From the NCBI GenBank assembly GCA_964016885.1, contig OZ024740.1, positions 233,864,001 to 233,928,000 of the forward strand: a DNA stretch of 64,000 nt, given 5' to 3'. Source of the DNA: Eledone cirrhosa (Eukaryota). The stretch's first letter is position 1. Each line of letters starts with the position of its first letter. A program made the translations under genes and the position numbers. Below, one piece after another: positions 39,177-52,945 of this stretch. The notes beneath the pieces were generated by a model. The model was given only the letters and a program-made list of their open reading frames with translations, did not search any database and had not been told where the DNA came from.

Positions 39177-39335
39177 GAACCAAATAAATATATATATTTT
39201 TCTAAAAATAAGACTCAAGTTGCATTTTCGATCTCATCTTTTTTTCTTTATACTTTCACTCGTGTAGGACACCTCGGTTATTTTTCATTTTGTAAAAAAA
39301 CCTCACTTTCTAATATATATATATATATGTATGTC

Positions 39336-39368
<33 letters not shown>

Positions 39369-39379
39369 GTGTGTGTATG

Positions 39380-39413
<34 letters not shown>

Positions 39414-39556
39414 GCTCTGTGTGTCTGTCTGTCTATGTATATGTGTATGAGTGTGTATGCAGATACAAGGTTATGTATGTATGTCTGGGTATATATATAT
39501 ATATATATATATATATGATAAAGGACACAAGAGCGTCTACAACATCAAACATTTTT

Positions 39557-39610
39557 TATTGGCTTACAATGTTTCTTCCTTACATAACCGTAGGATTCTT
39601 CAGAGATATA
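39557..39610 (-). ncRNA. Hammerhead motif with weak helix I at the end of a pLTR-like AT-rich element (about 39517-42790, split by a Helitron)
   Basis: CT-CTGAAGA-aTCCTAC..GTAAGGAa-GAAA-CATTG-TA-AG. Confidence 0.55.
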
Positions 39611-40080
39611 AAAGGGGTTTGATTGGTGTTATGGACTCTACCAACCAAACGTTCAAGAACAAAGAGTAAAGAGAGTAAAGAGCAAAAGCAGGGGACAATA
39701 AGTCTAATTTAGGTGCGGAAGGGTGGGGTGTGGGTCCTTGTTTACTAGCTGTGGTCATATTCATTCCCGGGAGTCGAGTGGTTAGTGGAGCCATAGATGG
39801 GGTGGCATTGATAGTAGGGTGCAGAGGGTGTACAGAGGCTACACACACACAAAGGGCATATAATATATATATAACGGAGGAGAAAGTACATGAGGTAATT
39901 CGAAATGGAATAAGAATAAGAATAATTTATAGTTAATAATGTATAATAAGTCATAGGGAAGATTACACTATAATAAGATATAAAATTAAGAGTGAAATAA
40001 AATATAAGGGAGGATACAAATGAAAATAAGAATAAAGATAAAAATAAAATTAAAAAAATATATTAAAAATATATAGAGAA

Positions 40081-42580
40081 CTAGCGGAGCTACCCGGCTT
40101 CGCTCAGTGTTAAAAAGCTTATTTAGAAAAGAATAATATTAACATTTTAATCGTTATTTAAAAACTTCTGTAATTTAGTTTCTATTTTTTAGATTTTAAC
40201 ATTTATCTTTAAATGACTGAATGACTGACGAATTTAAAGAAAATTCGTTATAAGAACATTTAATTTGTTTTACTGAAGTGCTTTTGGATACACAATGTTT
40301 TTTGTTTTTCCTTCTGGTGCGTACACGAATAAATCAGAAGGTTTACCGACGCGTGAGCAAGCCACATACAGCTGTCCATGTGAGAAGCATGGATTTTCTA
40401 AATTTAGTCCACACACTTGTAGCGATTGTCCTTGTGCTTTGTTGATAGTCACTGCAAAGGCGAGTCGCACCGGAAACTGCAAACGTTTGAAACCGAATGG
40501 CGTATCTGTTGGAATGCTTGGGATGCGTGGCAAGAGTACATCTTCTTTAAATTTTCCATTTAAAATTGTAGCCTCGATGATATTGTTCATCGTCTTTTTC
40601 ACTGAAAGTCTGGTACCGTTGCAAAGTTGTGGTGGATTGATGTTTCGGAGAAGGATGATAGGCACGCCAATTTTCACTGTGAAAATGTGCGGTGGCATGC
40701 CTGGCAAATCAAGTGAATTCAAGAATTCAATTGGATAATTGATAATTTCGTCTTGATTCATTACAGTATCGATGGACTTATACGTTGTCGCTTCGCCTGG
40801 TATTTCGTTTTGAATGCTGAAATTAATGGCATTGACATCAGTGTTTTTGGCTGCTAATATAGCACGTACACTGAGCCACTGATGATTTTTGTAATGCTGC
40901 GCAATATTTGGGAACACTTTGTGAATCAGTTCGTCTCTGGTTGCCGTGATTCTACAGAAGTTTGTTGGCAATGTGATACATTTTGTGGAATCATCGATTA
41001 CCATTTTCCCATTCCCAATATCCAGCAATTGTTTTGTGAAACGTTCAGCGGATGCGTAATTTTGTAGTTGTACACGCATATTGTTTTTTAAAGTTAATTT
41101 CTGTACGTGTCGCCATAAAACTGATGATTTGAGACATGCATTAAGCTCATCAGCGGGTGTTGATCGCGGTATAACTGGTAGAGTTTGTCGAAAATCACCA
41201 GACAATAAAATGAGTGTGCCACCGAAGAGCTGTTCATTTCCTTTCAAATCTTTTAGCGTATTATTAAGCGCTTCCAATGATTTTTTGTGCGCCATAGTAC
41301 ATTCGTCCCATATAATGATTTTACATGATTGGAGTACTTTACCTATACCAGAATTTTTGGTAATATTGCATGTTGATGTCTCAGCGATTTGCATATTCAA
41401 TGGCAATTTCATGGCTGAATGTGCTGTTCGGCCACCATCTAAAAGAGTTGCCGCAATTCCAGATGATGCGATTGCCAGTGCAATATTATTTTCTGATCGT
41501 ATAGTTGCCAAAATAAGTGAAATGAGAAAAGTTTTGCCTGTACCACCGGGCGCATCTATAAAATGCAATCCGCCGCTTTGACTTATAATTGCCTGCATAA
41601 TTTGGTCATATACTATGCGTTGTTCTGGTAGCAATTTGGGAAGATTCGTTTGAACAAATGTACCCAATTCGGCGACATCAAAGTTTGTTTCTCGTTGCAA
41701 ATCACGATCGAAAATGTCGTTTACAGATCGATTCGGCGCAGGCATTCCCAATTGTACCAATGTTTTGTTAGCGATTGCTAAACATATGACCTCAATGGAA
41801 ACCAATGCTTCATTATACACATTTTGTGTGAATTGAATATTCATATTTTGATTTGTTGCACGCAAACGATGTAGGATGTCTTCACTCATGTAGTCTTTAT
41901 ATTTTTCCCAAAGATCTTTTGGATTTGATGGGAAACACGTTGTCAATATTATTGAGAATAATGTGCGTATTTGCTTTGGTCGAGCAGTATTCGATGCATC
42001 AGCGAGTGAAGTGTCCCAATGTCCATCATTTTCAAGAAGATTTAATTCTTGGCAAGCTTCACGATAAGTGGCACATACTTGACCGTTTACTGTTCTCAAT
42101 TCTTGGAATGATGTCGGTCCACGTATGTGTCCAGGTCAGGAAAATAAGGACAGACGAAATGAAGATATCAAATTACAGCACTTAGTTAAGGGCTAGCTGA
42201 AAAAGAATTCCCTGTAATGGGAGTGGAAGGGAAGTAATGTGAAACAGACACTATACTAATTCTATTGAAATTATATTAAATTAAAGAGAGAATTTACTAA
42301 TTCTATTGAAATTATATTAAATTAAAGAGAGAATACTAATTCTATTGAAATTATCTTTAATTAAAAAAATTTCACACTCGCCCTTTCACTCACTCTTTGT
42401 CTATACGTTGATTTCTCTTTCTCCGTTTATAACTTTAGAGACAGTCTAATATAGGGAGTGGTTCAAAGCAGCCAGACTACTCGCTCTTTCACTCTCTGTT
42501 TGAATATACGTTGATTTCTCTTTCTCCGTTTATATCTTTGGACAAACAAACAAACATACATTCATTTTTATATATATAGA
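40081..42580 (-). mobile_element. Helitron, internally deleted (Rep lost, helicase retained)
   Basis: The minus strand starts A|TCTATATATATAAAAATG and ends with a GCGAAGC-loop hairpin followed by CTAG|T. Confidence 0.92.
40270..42099 (-). CDS. PIF1-family helicase domain of Helitron RepHel (open frame, N-terminally truncated)
   Basis: DAPGGTGKT, IIWDECTM, SGDFRQTLPV, LCNGTRL, QFPVRLAFAVTINKAQGQS, HGQLYVACSRV. Confidence 0.9.
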   Translation of the reverse strand: MRTVNGQVCATYREACQELNLLENDGHWDTSLADASNTARPKQIRTLFSIILTTCFPSNPKDLWEKYKDYMSEDILHRLRATNQNMNIQFTQNVYNEALVSIEVICLAIANKTLVQLGMPAPNRSVNDIFDRDLQRETNFDVAELGTFVQTNLPKLLPEQRIVYDQIMQAIISQSGGLHFIDAPGGTGKTFLISLILATIRSENNIALAIASSGIAATLLDGGRTAHSAMKLPLNMQIAETSTCNITKNSGIGKVLQSCKIIIWDECTMAHKKSLEALNNTLKDLKGNEQLFGGTLILLSGDFRQTLPVIPRSTPADELNACLKSSVLWRHVQKLTLKNNMRVQLQNYASAERFTKQLLDIGNGKMVIDDSTKCITLPTNFCRITATRDELIHKVFPNIAQHYKNHQWLSVRAILAAKNTDVNAINFSIQNEIPGEATTYKSIDTVMNQDEIINYPIEFLNSLDLPGMPPHIFTVKIGVPIILLRNINPPQLCNGTRLSVKKTMNNIIEATILNGKFKEDVLLPRIPSIPTDTPFGFKRLQFPVRLAFAVTINKAQGQSLQVCGLNLENPCFSHGQLYVACSRVGKPSDLFVYAPEGKTKNIVYPKALQ

Positions 42581-43276
42581 TATATAAAAAAAATATAAGC
42601 AAGTATCAGAAAGGGAAAAACACAATGTAAAAAAACAGATTTTGCTAAATAAAAATATTATAAATATGGGGGGAGAAAACGGGAGAGAGAAATACAATCA
42701 TAATGTGATTAGTTGAGAGAATATAAGATGATAATCAGTGTGTCAAGTTTATACATCTTAATAATAAATAATATGTATATTAGAGTTACACATCTTTCAA
42801 TGCACTTGCAAGTCCAACCCATCGGGCATAGTCCATCGCTTATCTGTGCGGTCTTGTGTGTTTGTTTTCGACCTCACAACAGATCAAGTTCGTATATCTC
42901 AATGCAAATAGAATTCTATTTGTGCTTACCCGGTCATCGACGGAGGATCCATTATTCCTAGTTCGTTGCTGACCCAATATGTGTGTAGTGTTATTTGGTC
43001 GCAGAAATCTGTAACTTGGTTCAATATTATGGAGTATGGTTTTCAGGTCTTCGATACACTATCAGTGGTTGTATATCTCAAAATCACAAGGATCACAGTA
43101 CTCCGGTTAGGTTTGATTATCGGTCATCTAACTATGTTGTCGGTGGTTGGATTCAAATCTATTGCCCAGAACGTAGAACTTTGGCGTTGATTGAACATTA
43201 ACGAAGGCAGAATGAAATCGCATCTGTGGTAAATAACGGTACGCAAGGAAATTCTTCGTCTTCGTTTCATCCGGGT

Positions 43277-43850
43277 CTAGCAATCACTGCGGAAAGCGGC
43301 GTCGGCCAACGCCGACGACGTGACAGTGATGGTGTCGAGCGCCTCATAAATCGAGGAAGTCGGCACCTTACTGAAGGAATACGAAAGATTCACAGGAGCG
43401 AAGCTGAACCGGGACAAGTCCATCGGTTTGCAACTCGGATTGTGGAGAGGCAAACCGATGCCTTCCGATGGCATCGTCGGACGCTGGACGGAAGGACCAG
43501 TAAAGCTGCTCGGGGTTTGGTTTGGTCCGGACCTCCAGGTGGAGAAGAACAGGAACGAGGTGTCGGCCAAGGTGTTTGCACTCACCCAGAAGTGGGCCGA
43601 GTGCAAACTATTCTTAAAAGGTCGAGCGGAGGTCGCGAACACTTTTATAGCGTCCGCCATCTACTACAGCTTGACCGTCGTGCCTTGTCCAGCCAAAACG
43701 CCCCCCAAAATGGAGGGCGCGCTCTTCCACTTCCTTTGGAAGAGGCGGGCTTCTTTGATAAGAAGATCCATCTGCTGCCAACACCCTTCCAACGGAGGGC
43801 TGGGGATGCCGTGGCTGACGATGCACAAACACGCGCTCAGGCTGCGGCAC
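43277..43850 (+). mobile_element. L1/Tx1-type RT fragment related to 13950-16802
   Basis: SANADDVTVMVS...GAKLNRDKSIGLQLGLWRGKPMP...VKLLGVWFGPDLQVEKN...GGLGMP. Confidence 0.85.
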
Positions 43851-44169
43851 ACACAAAAACAAGATGACGTAGGACAGAACAAAGGAGAGGCACAAAAACA
43901 AAGAAAAGAATCCCCAGTCGCTGAAGAGGTCACAGAATGTGTGACAAAAGAACTTTGACAATATATAAACAATCATCTGGTTGTGGAACCAACCAACCAA
44001 CCGGAAATTTATAAATTCCTAAATTTATAAATTTATTATAATAAATTGAAGTGAAAGCAACTGGTGCGTGTGTCTTTTATTGGCAACATGACCCTCCCAA
44101 AGTATAACAATATCGGTTTCAACACACACGTTTTCAGATAAAGAATCTTGCTAAACAAATTCAGAAAAG

Positions 44170-44282
<113 letters not shown>

Positions 44283-44361
44283 TACAGAATTAACAACACA
44301 CAATCGGTACAGTATATGGAAGGTAGATATTAGGTTAATGCTTGATATAGCAGGAAGAGTG

Positions 44362-44397
44362 TCTCAACGTTTCGGACGCTAGTCTTTCATCAGAAGA
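44362..44397 (-). ncRNA. Minimal hammerhead-like motif
   Basis: TCTT-CTGATGA-aaGAC(tagc)GTCc-GAAA-CG-TT-GAGA, with palindromic AACGTT. Confidence 0.5.
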
Positions 44398-44618
44398 AAG
44401 AATAAGAAATAAGATAGATTGAGGTGACGGGCGGAATGGAATTGCAAAAAAATGTCTTTAGATAAAAATAACAGGTCCATTCATAGTCGAGAGATAGAGT
44501 ATATGTACTTTATCTCTTGTTCTTTTTCTTTTGTATATTTTGGAAAACGGGGGATAAAGTAAAATGATATCAGTGCAGCCTACTTAAAATTATCATGTTT
44601 ACCAAATTATTTTATAGC

Positions 44619-44744
44619 ATGGATGATCCAAATGAGGTACAAATGTTTTTCTTTGACCTGAAAAATGAACAAGGAAAAAAGAATGATTCATCAGGTAAAA
44701 AGCCGAAACGATCGAAGCTATACCGTTCAATTATCAATATTAAG
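44619..44744 (+). CDS. SLCO/OATP transporter, first coding exon (MDDPNEV...SIINIK)
   Basis: Acceptor ttttatag ends at 44617, ATG is at 44619, and 42 open codons run to AAG|gtaagt. The phase-0 donor matches the next exon. Confidence 0.65.
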
Positions 44745-44880
44745 GTAAGTCTATAAGACATACATACACATATACATATACACGACTCACTTATATCCAC
44801 ACACGCACTATCTCTCTCTCAAACACACACATGCATATACGCACACAATTATCCGCATACATTCCTTTATTATTTCATTG

Positions 44881-45270
44881 GTTCCAGGAGCGGTGGGTTG
44901 GCCGTATCGGTAGAGGATCGGACACCATGCTTTCTAGCATAGAGTTGCGGCCCTTTATGATCTGAGTTCAAATCCCGCCGAGGTTAACTTTGCCTTTCAT
45001 CCTTACGGGGTCGAGAAAATAAAGTACCAGTCACGCACTGGAGTCGATTTAATCGACTTTCCCCTCCCCCGAAATTGATGGCCTTGTGCCTATATAAGAA
45101 ACCATTATTTTATTGGTTCCAAGGGCGGTGGTTGGCAGTATACGTAGAGCGTCGGACAATAGGATTTGTGGTATAGTGTTATGTCCATTTACGTTCTGAG
45201 TTCAAATCCCACCGGCGTTAGCTTTGCTATTCATCCTTATTGACCTTGTGCCTAAACCAGAAACCTTTAT
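44881..45270 (+). mobile_element. Two tandem tRNA-derived SINE family A copies
   Basis: 44881-45108 and 45115-45270, each with an A-box-like head and GTTCAAATCC. Confidence 0.8.
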
Positions 45271-46242
45271 TTCCTTGGTACCATTGGTACTGTGACCATG
45301 TTGATACCATAACCTCATGGTTATATTCGATTATATTGGTCTCTGTACTTGACCAGTAGTGATTTTATCGGCCTCGAAAAAATGAAAAGGAAATTCCACA
45401 ATGGCAGAAATCGAGCTTAGAACAAAGGGAGCTTAACCAAATACTTCAAATTATTTTGTTAGCTACTCTGCGGGTTCTGCCATCACTTCACCGATTCGGT
45501 AAAATAAAGTGCCATGCATGTTAAATGAGTAACGCTCACGTAGACGCTTACCCAGCTAAAAATCACCACACGTTCTCCGCTTGCAGCCCAGAAAAACATA
45601 TACCGAGGCTTGTCCGGCTGTTTCCTCTTTGCATCAGTCACGGTCGAGGCATCAGGTGTCCCCGGACCACGTAATGCCGAGCTCTTCCGCAAAATTGGAA
45701 TGATCAGCAGTCTGTCTGAGGAAGGAGCCCCATAGGCGGGGTGGTTGTTGCTGCGGATGGGGTGGTTGGTGCTGTCATTGTCCGTAGAAATGTCTTCGCA
45801 ATTTTGTCGACGCGGCGCAGCTGAAACACCTCCCTGCACTAGGCTCATCACCCATCACTCTCTCTCCTTCCCCTCCCTTTCTTCTGTAACCCAAAATTGC
45901 TTTTCCCTTCCTTTTCCTCTCAAACATTTATAGTCCTTTCCTCTACTCTAATCAATATATATTGCAATATATATACCAATATATATATATGCAAAAGAGT
46001 ATTTTTAAAGAGCTTATAAGATATTCTCGAACTAATTTCAATCTTGGGTTGTTTTACTTACATAGCTATGTTGCTTTCCTGTTTAAGTATTTTAGTTCTA
46101 CGGTATTTCAATGATATCCAAAAGCGTATGCTTAAAATATTTATAGCTCGCGACATTGTATTGGATTTGCGTTAAAAATCAACATATCTCATTAACCGGA
46201 AGCTCGTATGTTTTTTTTTTTTTTTTGTTTTTCTGTTTGCAG

Positions 46243-46552
46243 ATGTTTGCGGTCATCTCTGGTTTGTCTAATATCCCTATCTATTCTGGAACTATTTTCT
46301 TAAGTTCTCAATTGACTTCAATCGAAAAGCATTTCGGCATAAGCAGCAGTAAATCTGCTGGGATAATAAGTGCGAACGAGATTGGGTTCCTACTCACAAC
46401 GCTTCTATTTGGCTACATTTTCAAAAATAGCCATAAACCACTCGTTTTGGGCATTAGTAACATTGTAAGCGCTATCGCTTCCTTTATATGTGTCCTTCCA
46501 TTTTTTTTTCTACATTTGCCAAAAACTGACCAGAACTTCAATGCAAATCAAA
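46243..46552 (+). CDS. SLCO/OATP transporter coding exon 2
   Basis: Poly-T tract and cag acceptor, A|gtaagt donor. SSQLTSIEKHFGISSSKSAGIISANEIGFLL..GY....HKP..LG...LPFF matches OATP TM1-TM3. Confidence 0.88.
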
Positions 46553-46974
46553 GTAAGTATCAATGTGTTTTCTTTGTACGGATAATCATAATATAATAAA
46601 GGGAGGAGTGCGGAACTGCGCCCAGAATATATTTTTCATCCTGTTAGTAAAATAAGTTGGATTACTTTGAATAAATAATGAATGAATATTACATCATTTT
46701 TGTACAAAATTTCATAGCTGTTGTTTAAACATAAATATTCTAATATATAATGATTGCTTATTTTAAAATTCATTTCTTTAAACATTTTCTAATGTCTACA
46801 CTTCCGGTTAGCGTCCGTTATATCAGAACACTTATTACATCGTTTATGTAAACGTTCATATATTTCTATTGTTATATAAGGTTTATTGATAGTACTCAAC
46901 CTAATATATGTAAGGTTCCTCGTAGTGTTATTTTCTCTATGTTGTGCATATACGTAAGTTTTGGAGTTTGAAAA

Positions 46975-47268
46975 GTGAAGGTGTGTGGCTTTGTGATTAG
47001 GGAATTCGATACACGGCAGAACGCCGTGTCCTTGAGTAAGACACTTTATTTCACGTTGCTCCAGTTCACTCAACTTGCAAACATGAGTTGTATCTGTAAT
47101 TCAGCTTTGTCACATTTTATGTCGAGTCGAATCTCCCTGAGATTCGTACCGTTAAGGGTACACGTGTTTGTGTAATGCTCAGCCACTTGCACGTTAATTT
47201 CACGATCAGGGTGTTCAGTTGATCGGACCAACTGGAACACTCGTCGTCGTAACCGATAGAATGCCTTT
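46975..47268 (+). mobile_element. SINE family B
   Basis: GTGTCCTTGAGTAAGACACTTTATTTCACGTTGCTCCAG core shared with 20865-21013 and 13400-13620. Confidence 0.7.
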
Positions 47269-47344
47269 CTTCCAGAGTTTCAGTTATATATTTGTATGCG
47301 TCTTTTTTGGTTATTCTCAAAAATACTTAATAATATAGCAGTTT

Positions 47345-47440
47345 CTTTCTGATCTCAGTTCTCACATTCTAGTTTCCAATATTTCAAGGTCTCTATATTT
47401 GGATAATTTCTCCAATTCTTTTAGAGATGAAATATCAGAA
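47345..47440 (-). mobile_element. Small fragment resembling the restriction-like endonuclease domain of an R2/R4-group non-LTR element
   Basis: [19 protein letters not shown] resembles the KE.EK..KY.DL..E..RMW motif. Confidence 0.45.
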
Positions 47441-47484
47441 CTAATATATATATATATATATATACATGTATATATATATATGTA

Positions 47485-47806
<322 letters not shown>

Positions 47807-47820
47807 AATGTATATATATG

Positions 47821-47868
<48 letters not shown>

Positions 47869-47907
47869 CATATATATACATATATATATATACATATATA
47901 TATGCAG

Positions 47908-47976
<69 letters not shown>

Positions 47977-47994
47977 TATATACATATATATATA

Positions 47995-48325
47995 ATTTTT
48001 CTGGATTCCTGTTGATAAGCACAGAAGATTTGAATATTTCACTTTTTATACCACCGTTACGAAACATATTTAGGTTTTGAAGTTCAAATTCATCTACGAA
48101 GCAGGTTTGGATTTTGAAATTTAAATTTGTCCAGGAATCACGGCTTTTGCCAATATGAGCTTCTTTTAATCGATTTATATCGAGACGGACAAACTATATT
48201 TATTTTAATTAGTTTATTTCATTCTAGCTAACTTAGTTTTTGCAATGCAATTTATATTAACTTGTATTTCATGGCTCAGAAATGCTTCTTTCTTTGAGCT
48301 AATTAATTGTAAATGACTCTAAATA
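47995..48325 (+). mobile_element. About 330-bp non-coding repeat with a U3-A8 hammerhead (48007-48075); inverted relative at 63212-63576
   Basis: The consensus of the two copies is ACCTA-TTGATAA-GCA...TGC-GAAA-CATG-TT-TAGGT. Confidence 0.65.
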
Positions 48326-48425
<100 letters not shown>

Positions 48426-48699
48426 TATACATATATATATATATGCATATATATATGCATATATATATATATATAGATATATATATATATACATATATAT
48501 ATACACACATATATATATACATATATATGTATATATATGTATATATACACATATATATATATACATATATATGTATATATATATATATGAATATATACAC
48601 ACATATATATATATATGTATGTATATATGTATATATACATATATATGTATATATATATATATGTATATATACATATATATGTATATATACATATATATG

Positions 48700-48790
<91 letters not shown>

Positions 48791-48794
<4 letters not shown>

Positions 48795-49322
48795 TAAAAC
48801 ATGTCTATAGAATCACCAGATAAAATATATACCGTTTCCTCTCCCAATTACCATAATTAACCATATAAAAAATCGATTAGACCAAGCTATAAGCATAAAG
48901 GCTTCTATGAAGAAATCTCCGACAAATAACAGAAAGCATCCCTCCGCGGCGGTTGCGACGGAGTATTTATCGAGTATTTCGACAGCGTGTATAAATCGTC
49001 CAGATATACAGTCAACTAAACAGAATTAGGTGTAAAATAAACTAGGAAAAAAGTGAACATATTTAGTTACCTCTACCATGGTTTCGTCCGCATTTTAAGA
49101 TATCCGATAATATTGGACATCTGGAGCACCGGACTCTTCAGGAAGTTAGCTCAAATTTAGACAATTAATTTTCCAAAGTGATCGCGCCAAAATTATATTA
49201 AAAAAAGCCTTTATGCATATAGCTTGGTCTAATCGATTTTTTTATATGGTTAATTATGCTAATTGGGAGAGGAAACTGTATATATTTTATCTGGTGATTC
49301 TATAGACATGTTTTATGATATA
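48791..49322 (-). mobile_element. Non-coding element with about 113-bp inverted termini enclosing an intact hammerhead
   Basis: Inverted repeats at 48791-48903 / 49206-49322, with the HHR at 49069-49146. Confidence 0.8.
49069..49146 (-). ncRNA. Type I hammerhead ribozyme, extended helix II
   Basis: ACTTC-CTGAAGA-GTCCG..[AGATGTCC..GGATATCT]..CGGAC-GAAA-CCATGG-TA-GAGGT. Confidence 0.88.
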
Positions 49323-49378
49323 TAGCTCTGATTATTTAATTTATTAACTCTTCATTGAGCCATAAAGTGACTCGTTGC

Positions 49379-49493
<115 letters not shown>

Positions 49494-49822
49494 CTTTATA
49501 TATATATATATTAAATTATATATATATATATATATTAACCAAGATGATATTTACCAAAAAGATGAACAAGTCAACATCATTGGATACCATCAGGGTTGCA
49601 GGTGTTATATCAGAGTTTTCATTCTCCTAGAATTCTGCCTTGACAAAGGCTAAGGGGTTATCTCTCCCGGTGATTTTGGATGGCCATTGACTCTTAAGAG
49701 CTCCTTTGCCCTTTGACAGGTTTTGTTTTTAGTCCTGCAGCATGTCCAAAGTCACCCTCCTCACCAAGAAACCTTGGTGGGGTTGCCAGTTTAGTCGCCA
49801 ACGACCCGACCATATATATACA

Positions 49823-49890
<68 letters not shown>

Positions 49891-50092
49891 ACGAAGGAAA
49901 TGTGGTAAGGAACCAGATGGACCATAACGCACCAAAGTACTCAATACTTAGGGTAGAAGAGTGGGTAATCGGAACAAGTATGACCCCGACGGCAGAGCTC
50001 AAGCCGTTTCGACGGCTAATTCTGGACGGCTAATTCAGTCCAGAATTACCCGTCGAAACGGCTCGAGCTCTGCCGTCGGGGTAATACTTGTT

Positions 50093-50135
<43 letters not shown>

Positions 50136-50155
50136 CTCTATTCGGTTAACCCCAT

Positions 50156-50197
<42 letters not shown>

Positions 50198-50396
50198 ATG
50201 GGGTTAACCGAATAGAGATGTGTGGGCCACATTATGGTCTGTCAATTGCGAAGCCGATAAAACGAAGCGCTCAGCGACCTCTAGAAGTGGTATAAATCGG
50301 AGCATTATATATTAAGAGGCAGGCCGTCGAAGAAAAAACACCACGCGTTCAGCCGGCCTCCTGTATAATGAAAAGAAAATCTTTTTCGGGGAAATT

Positions 50397-50576
50397 ATTG
50401 GGTGGATTGGCAGTCTCGGTAGAGGGTAGGACGCCATGCTTTCCAGCATAGTTACGTCCCTTTATGGTCTGAGTTCAAATCCCGCCGAGGTTGACTTTGC
50501 CTTTCATCCTTACGGGGTCGATAAAATAAAGAACCAGTAATGCACTGGCCTTGTGCCTAAAGTAGAAAGAATTATT
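50397..50576 (+). mobile_element. tRNA-derived SINE family A
   Basis: A box, B box and conserved body. Confidence 0.8.
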
Positions 50577-50761
50577 GGATTTTTCCAAATTTAAAGGTTT
50601 CTTGGAAACTTTCAAAGCTTATTTTAGGTTTTGCCCTCTGAACAGCTCAGGCTATCATATCTGATAGTCCTCAGTTAAATATGTATAACGGAGTTTGAAA
50701 TAAACCTGAATCAAATGAATATGACCTCCGGTCTTTTATTAATATATATATGTGTATATAC

Positions 50762-50845
<84 letters not shown>

Positions 50846-51130
50846 GATATTAACATATTTATATAACCATATTTATTTCATTATACATATTTCAAGGACA
50901 CCAAGTTAAATTATGCTGTGCTTTCATCACATAAAATATAATATAGATCAGTTTTATAAATAAATATTGACATACCCTTAAATAATGCAACCATTACTGT
51001 TGGAAGCTCCCGGATAGTCACTATCCATTTGTTAATATCGTATTTTTACTCCAAATATTTGTTGAGTGCTTTATATCAGTTATAAAAATATTTGCTTGTT
51101 GTATCCCAACAATTTAAATAGAACTTTTAC

Positions 51131-51240
<110 letters not shown>

Positions 51241-51413
51241 TTGTGTGTGTGTGTGTATGTGTGGGTAGTAGAGTGAGTAATAGGAAGAGAGCCAGGACCC
51301 CGACGGCAGAGCTTCTCTTACCCACTATACTACCCTAAGTATCGAGTGCTTTGGTGCGTTATGGTCCACCTGGTTCCTTACCACACTTCGTTATATATAT
51401 ATATATATATATA

Positions 51414-51894
51414 TATAGGTATGTATACGTACATACATATATGTATACAGACGTACAGTAGTATGTATATATATATACATACATGCACACATATATATAT
51501 GTACGTACGGATTCACCGAACATTTATTATAATGCTCGGTGTGTTTGTAAACAAACATCCCGAATTAAGCCGTACAGTGTTTAGCAATCATCATTGCCCT
51601 TTTGTTCAACACTGACAAAGGAACGATGTACTAGTTTCAAGCTTATTAGCTATCGTCCGCACCGTATACCTTCCTGCCAGATGACTGAACGTCAGTGTTG
51701 AACAAAATGGCAACGATGGTTGCTAGACACTACGACTTAATTCGGGATGTTTGTTTACAAACACACCGAGCATTATAATAAATGTTCGGTGAATCCATAC
51801 GTACATATATATATGTGTGCATGTATGTATATATATATATATACATACTACTGTACGTCTGTATACATATATGTATGTACATTTACATACTTAT
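51414..51894. repeat. Fold-back with about 200-bp arms and a hammerhead-like motif in the spacer (51624-51664, minus)
   Basis: Arms are 51414-51616 and 51691-51894. Motif CGGTG-CgGACGA-tAGCT(aata)AGCTt-GAAA-CTAG-TA-CATCG carries a U4G change. Confidence 0.7.
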
Positions 51895-51949
51895 ATTTAA
51901 GTAATAGCCGTACTTAGAGTGAGAAATGAAATTTCGTTTCACTTTTTCC

Positions 51950-52038
<89 letters not shown>

Positions 52039-52109
52039 CATACATATATGTATACATATATGTATACATATATGTATATATATATGTGTGTTTTGTTCTA
52101 ATTTTCCAG

Positions 52110-52331
52110 CCGTATCCGTAGTACCACTGTTTCCCTGCATGAATCTTAATGCTTCTGCCGACCCAAACATGTGTACACCGGAAGATAAAGAATCCGCCAC
52201 ATCTACCACCGCTTACGCGTTGATGACTATTGGTATGATTCTTGGAGGTATCTGCAAGTCTGTAAGGGCGCCTCTGATCACGTGTTATCTTGATGACAAC
52301 ATAGATAAAGCTTATATCGGCGCATACGTAT
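52110..52331 (+). CDS. SLCO/OATP transporter coding exon 3
   Basis: ttttccag acceptor and T|gtgagt donor, phase 1 to phase 1. IGMILGGI...[13 protein letters not shown]...GAYV matches the OATP TM4 and YLDDN motif. Confidence 0.88.
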
Positions 52332-52902
52332 GTGAGTATTTGCTTTTATCACACATTTTTGCTTGAGAAAAGGGTCAACTAATGAATCTGACGTATTTTA
52401 TAACTAGTTGGATACATTGATTCTTTTCAGGGTTTCTGAGACACCGGAGAAGAACAGAGAAACGTTCTCCTTAAATTGCAGAACTACTTCGACTACTCCG
52501 AATGCTTGCGACAGAGTATACTCGGATACAAATGGGCAATGGTGATGGTGTTAAACTGGACTGTTAATTAAGTCTACCACCTAAATATATTTTTTCATTC
52601 ATGTATATACACACACAGATACACATATTCATACTTACACACACCAATATATCTGTCTGGGTTTGGGTGTGTGCGTATATATATATATATACATGTATAT
52701 ATGTGTATATATATATATACTTCGTTTTTGAAATGTTTTGCAAGATTTCTTATCTGGTAACATCTGTTTAAACAGATATTGTTAAACTTTCGAAGGGTCA
52801 TGCGGCCAATAAAAGCACTAACCTCTATTGGTTTTCATTTCAATTTACTATACATTTCCGGTTAGCTGGCTGGCTCGATAACTGGATCGTTGGTTATATA
52901 TT

Positions 52903-52945
52903 GTCAAATCTATTTCGTCACACATTCTGTCACCTCCTCAGTGAC
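52903..52945 (-). ncRNA. Minimal hammerhead motif; decayed inverted relative at 43917-43959
   Basis: GTCA-CTGAGGA-gGTgACA(gaatg)TGTGAC-GAAA-TAGA-TT-TGAC. The 43917 copy has a perfect GTCACA/TGTGAC helix II but has lost GAAA. Confidence 0.6.

Noticed and set aside
44655-44720. Hammerhead-like CTGAAAA...GAAACGATCG
   Set aside because: There is no UH site or helix I, and the region is better explained as the first SLCO coding exon.
45483-45851. 122-aa GC-richer ORF in the SLCO intron
   Set aside because: No recognisable motifs or convincing splice support.
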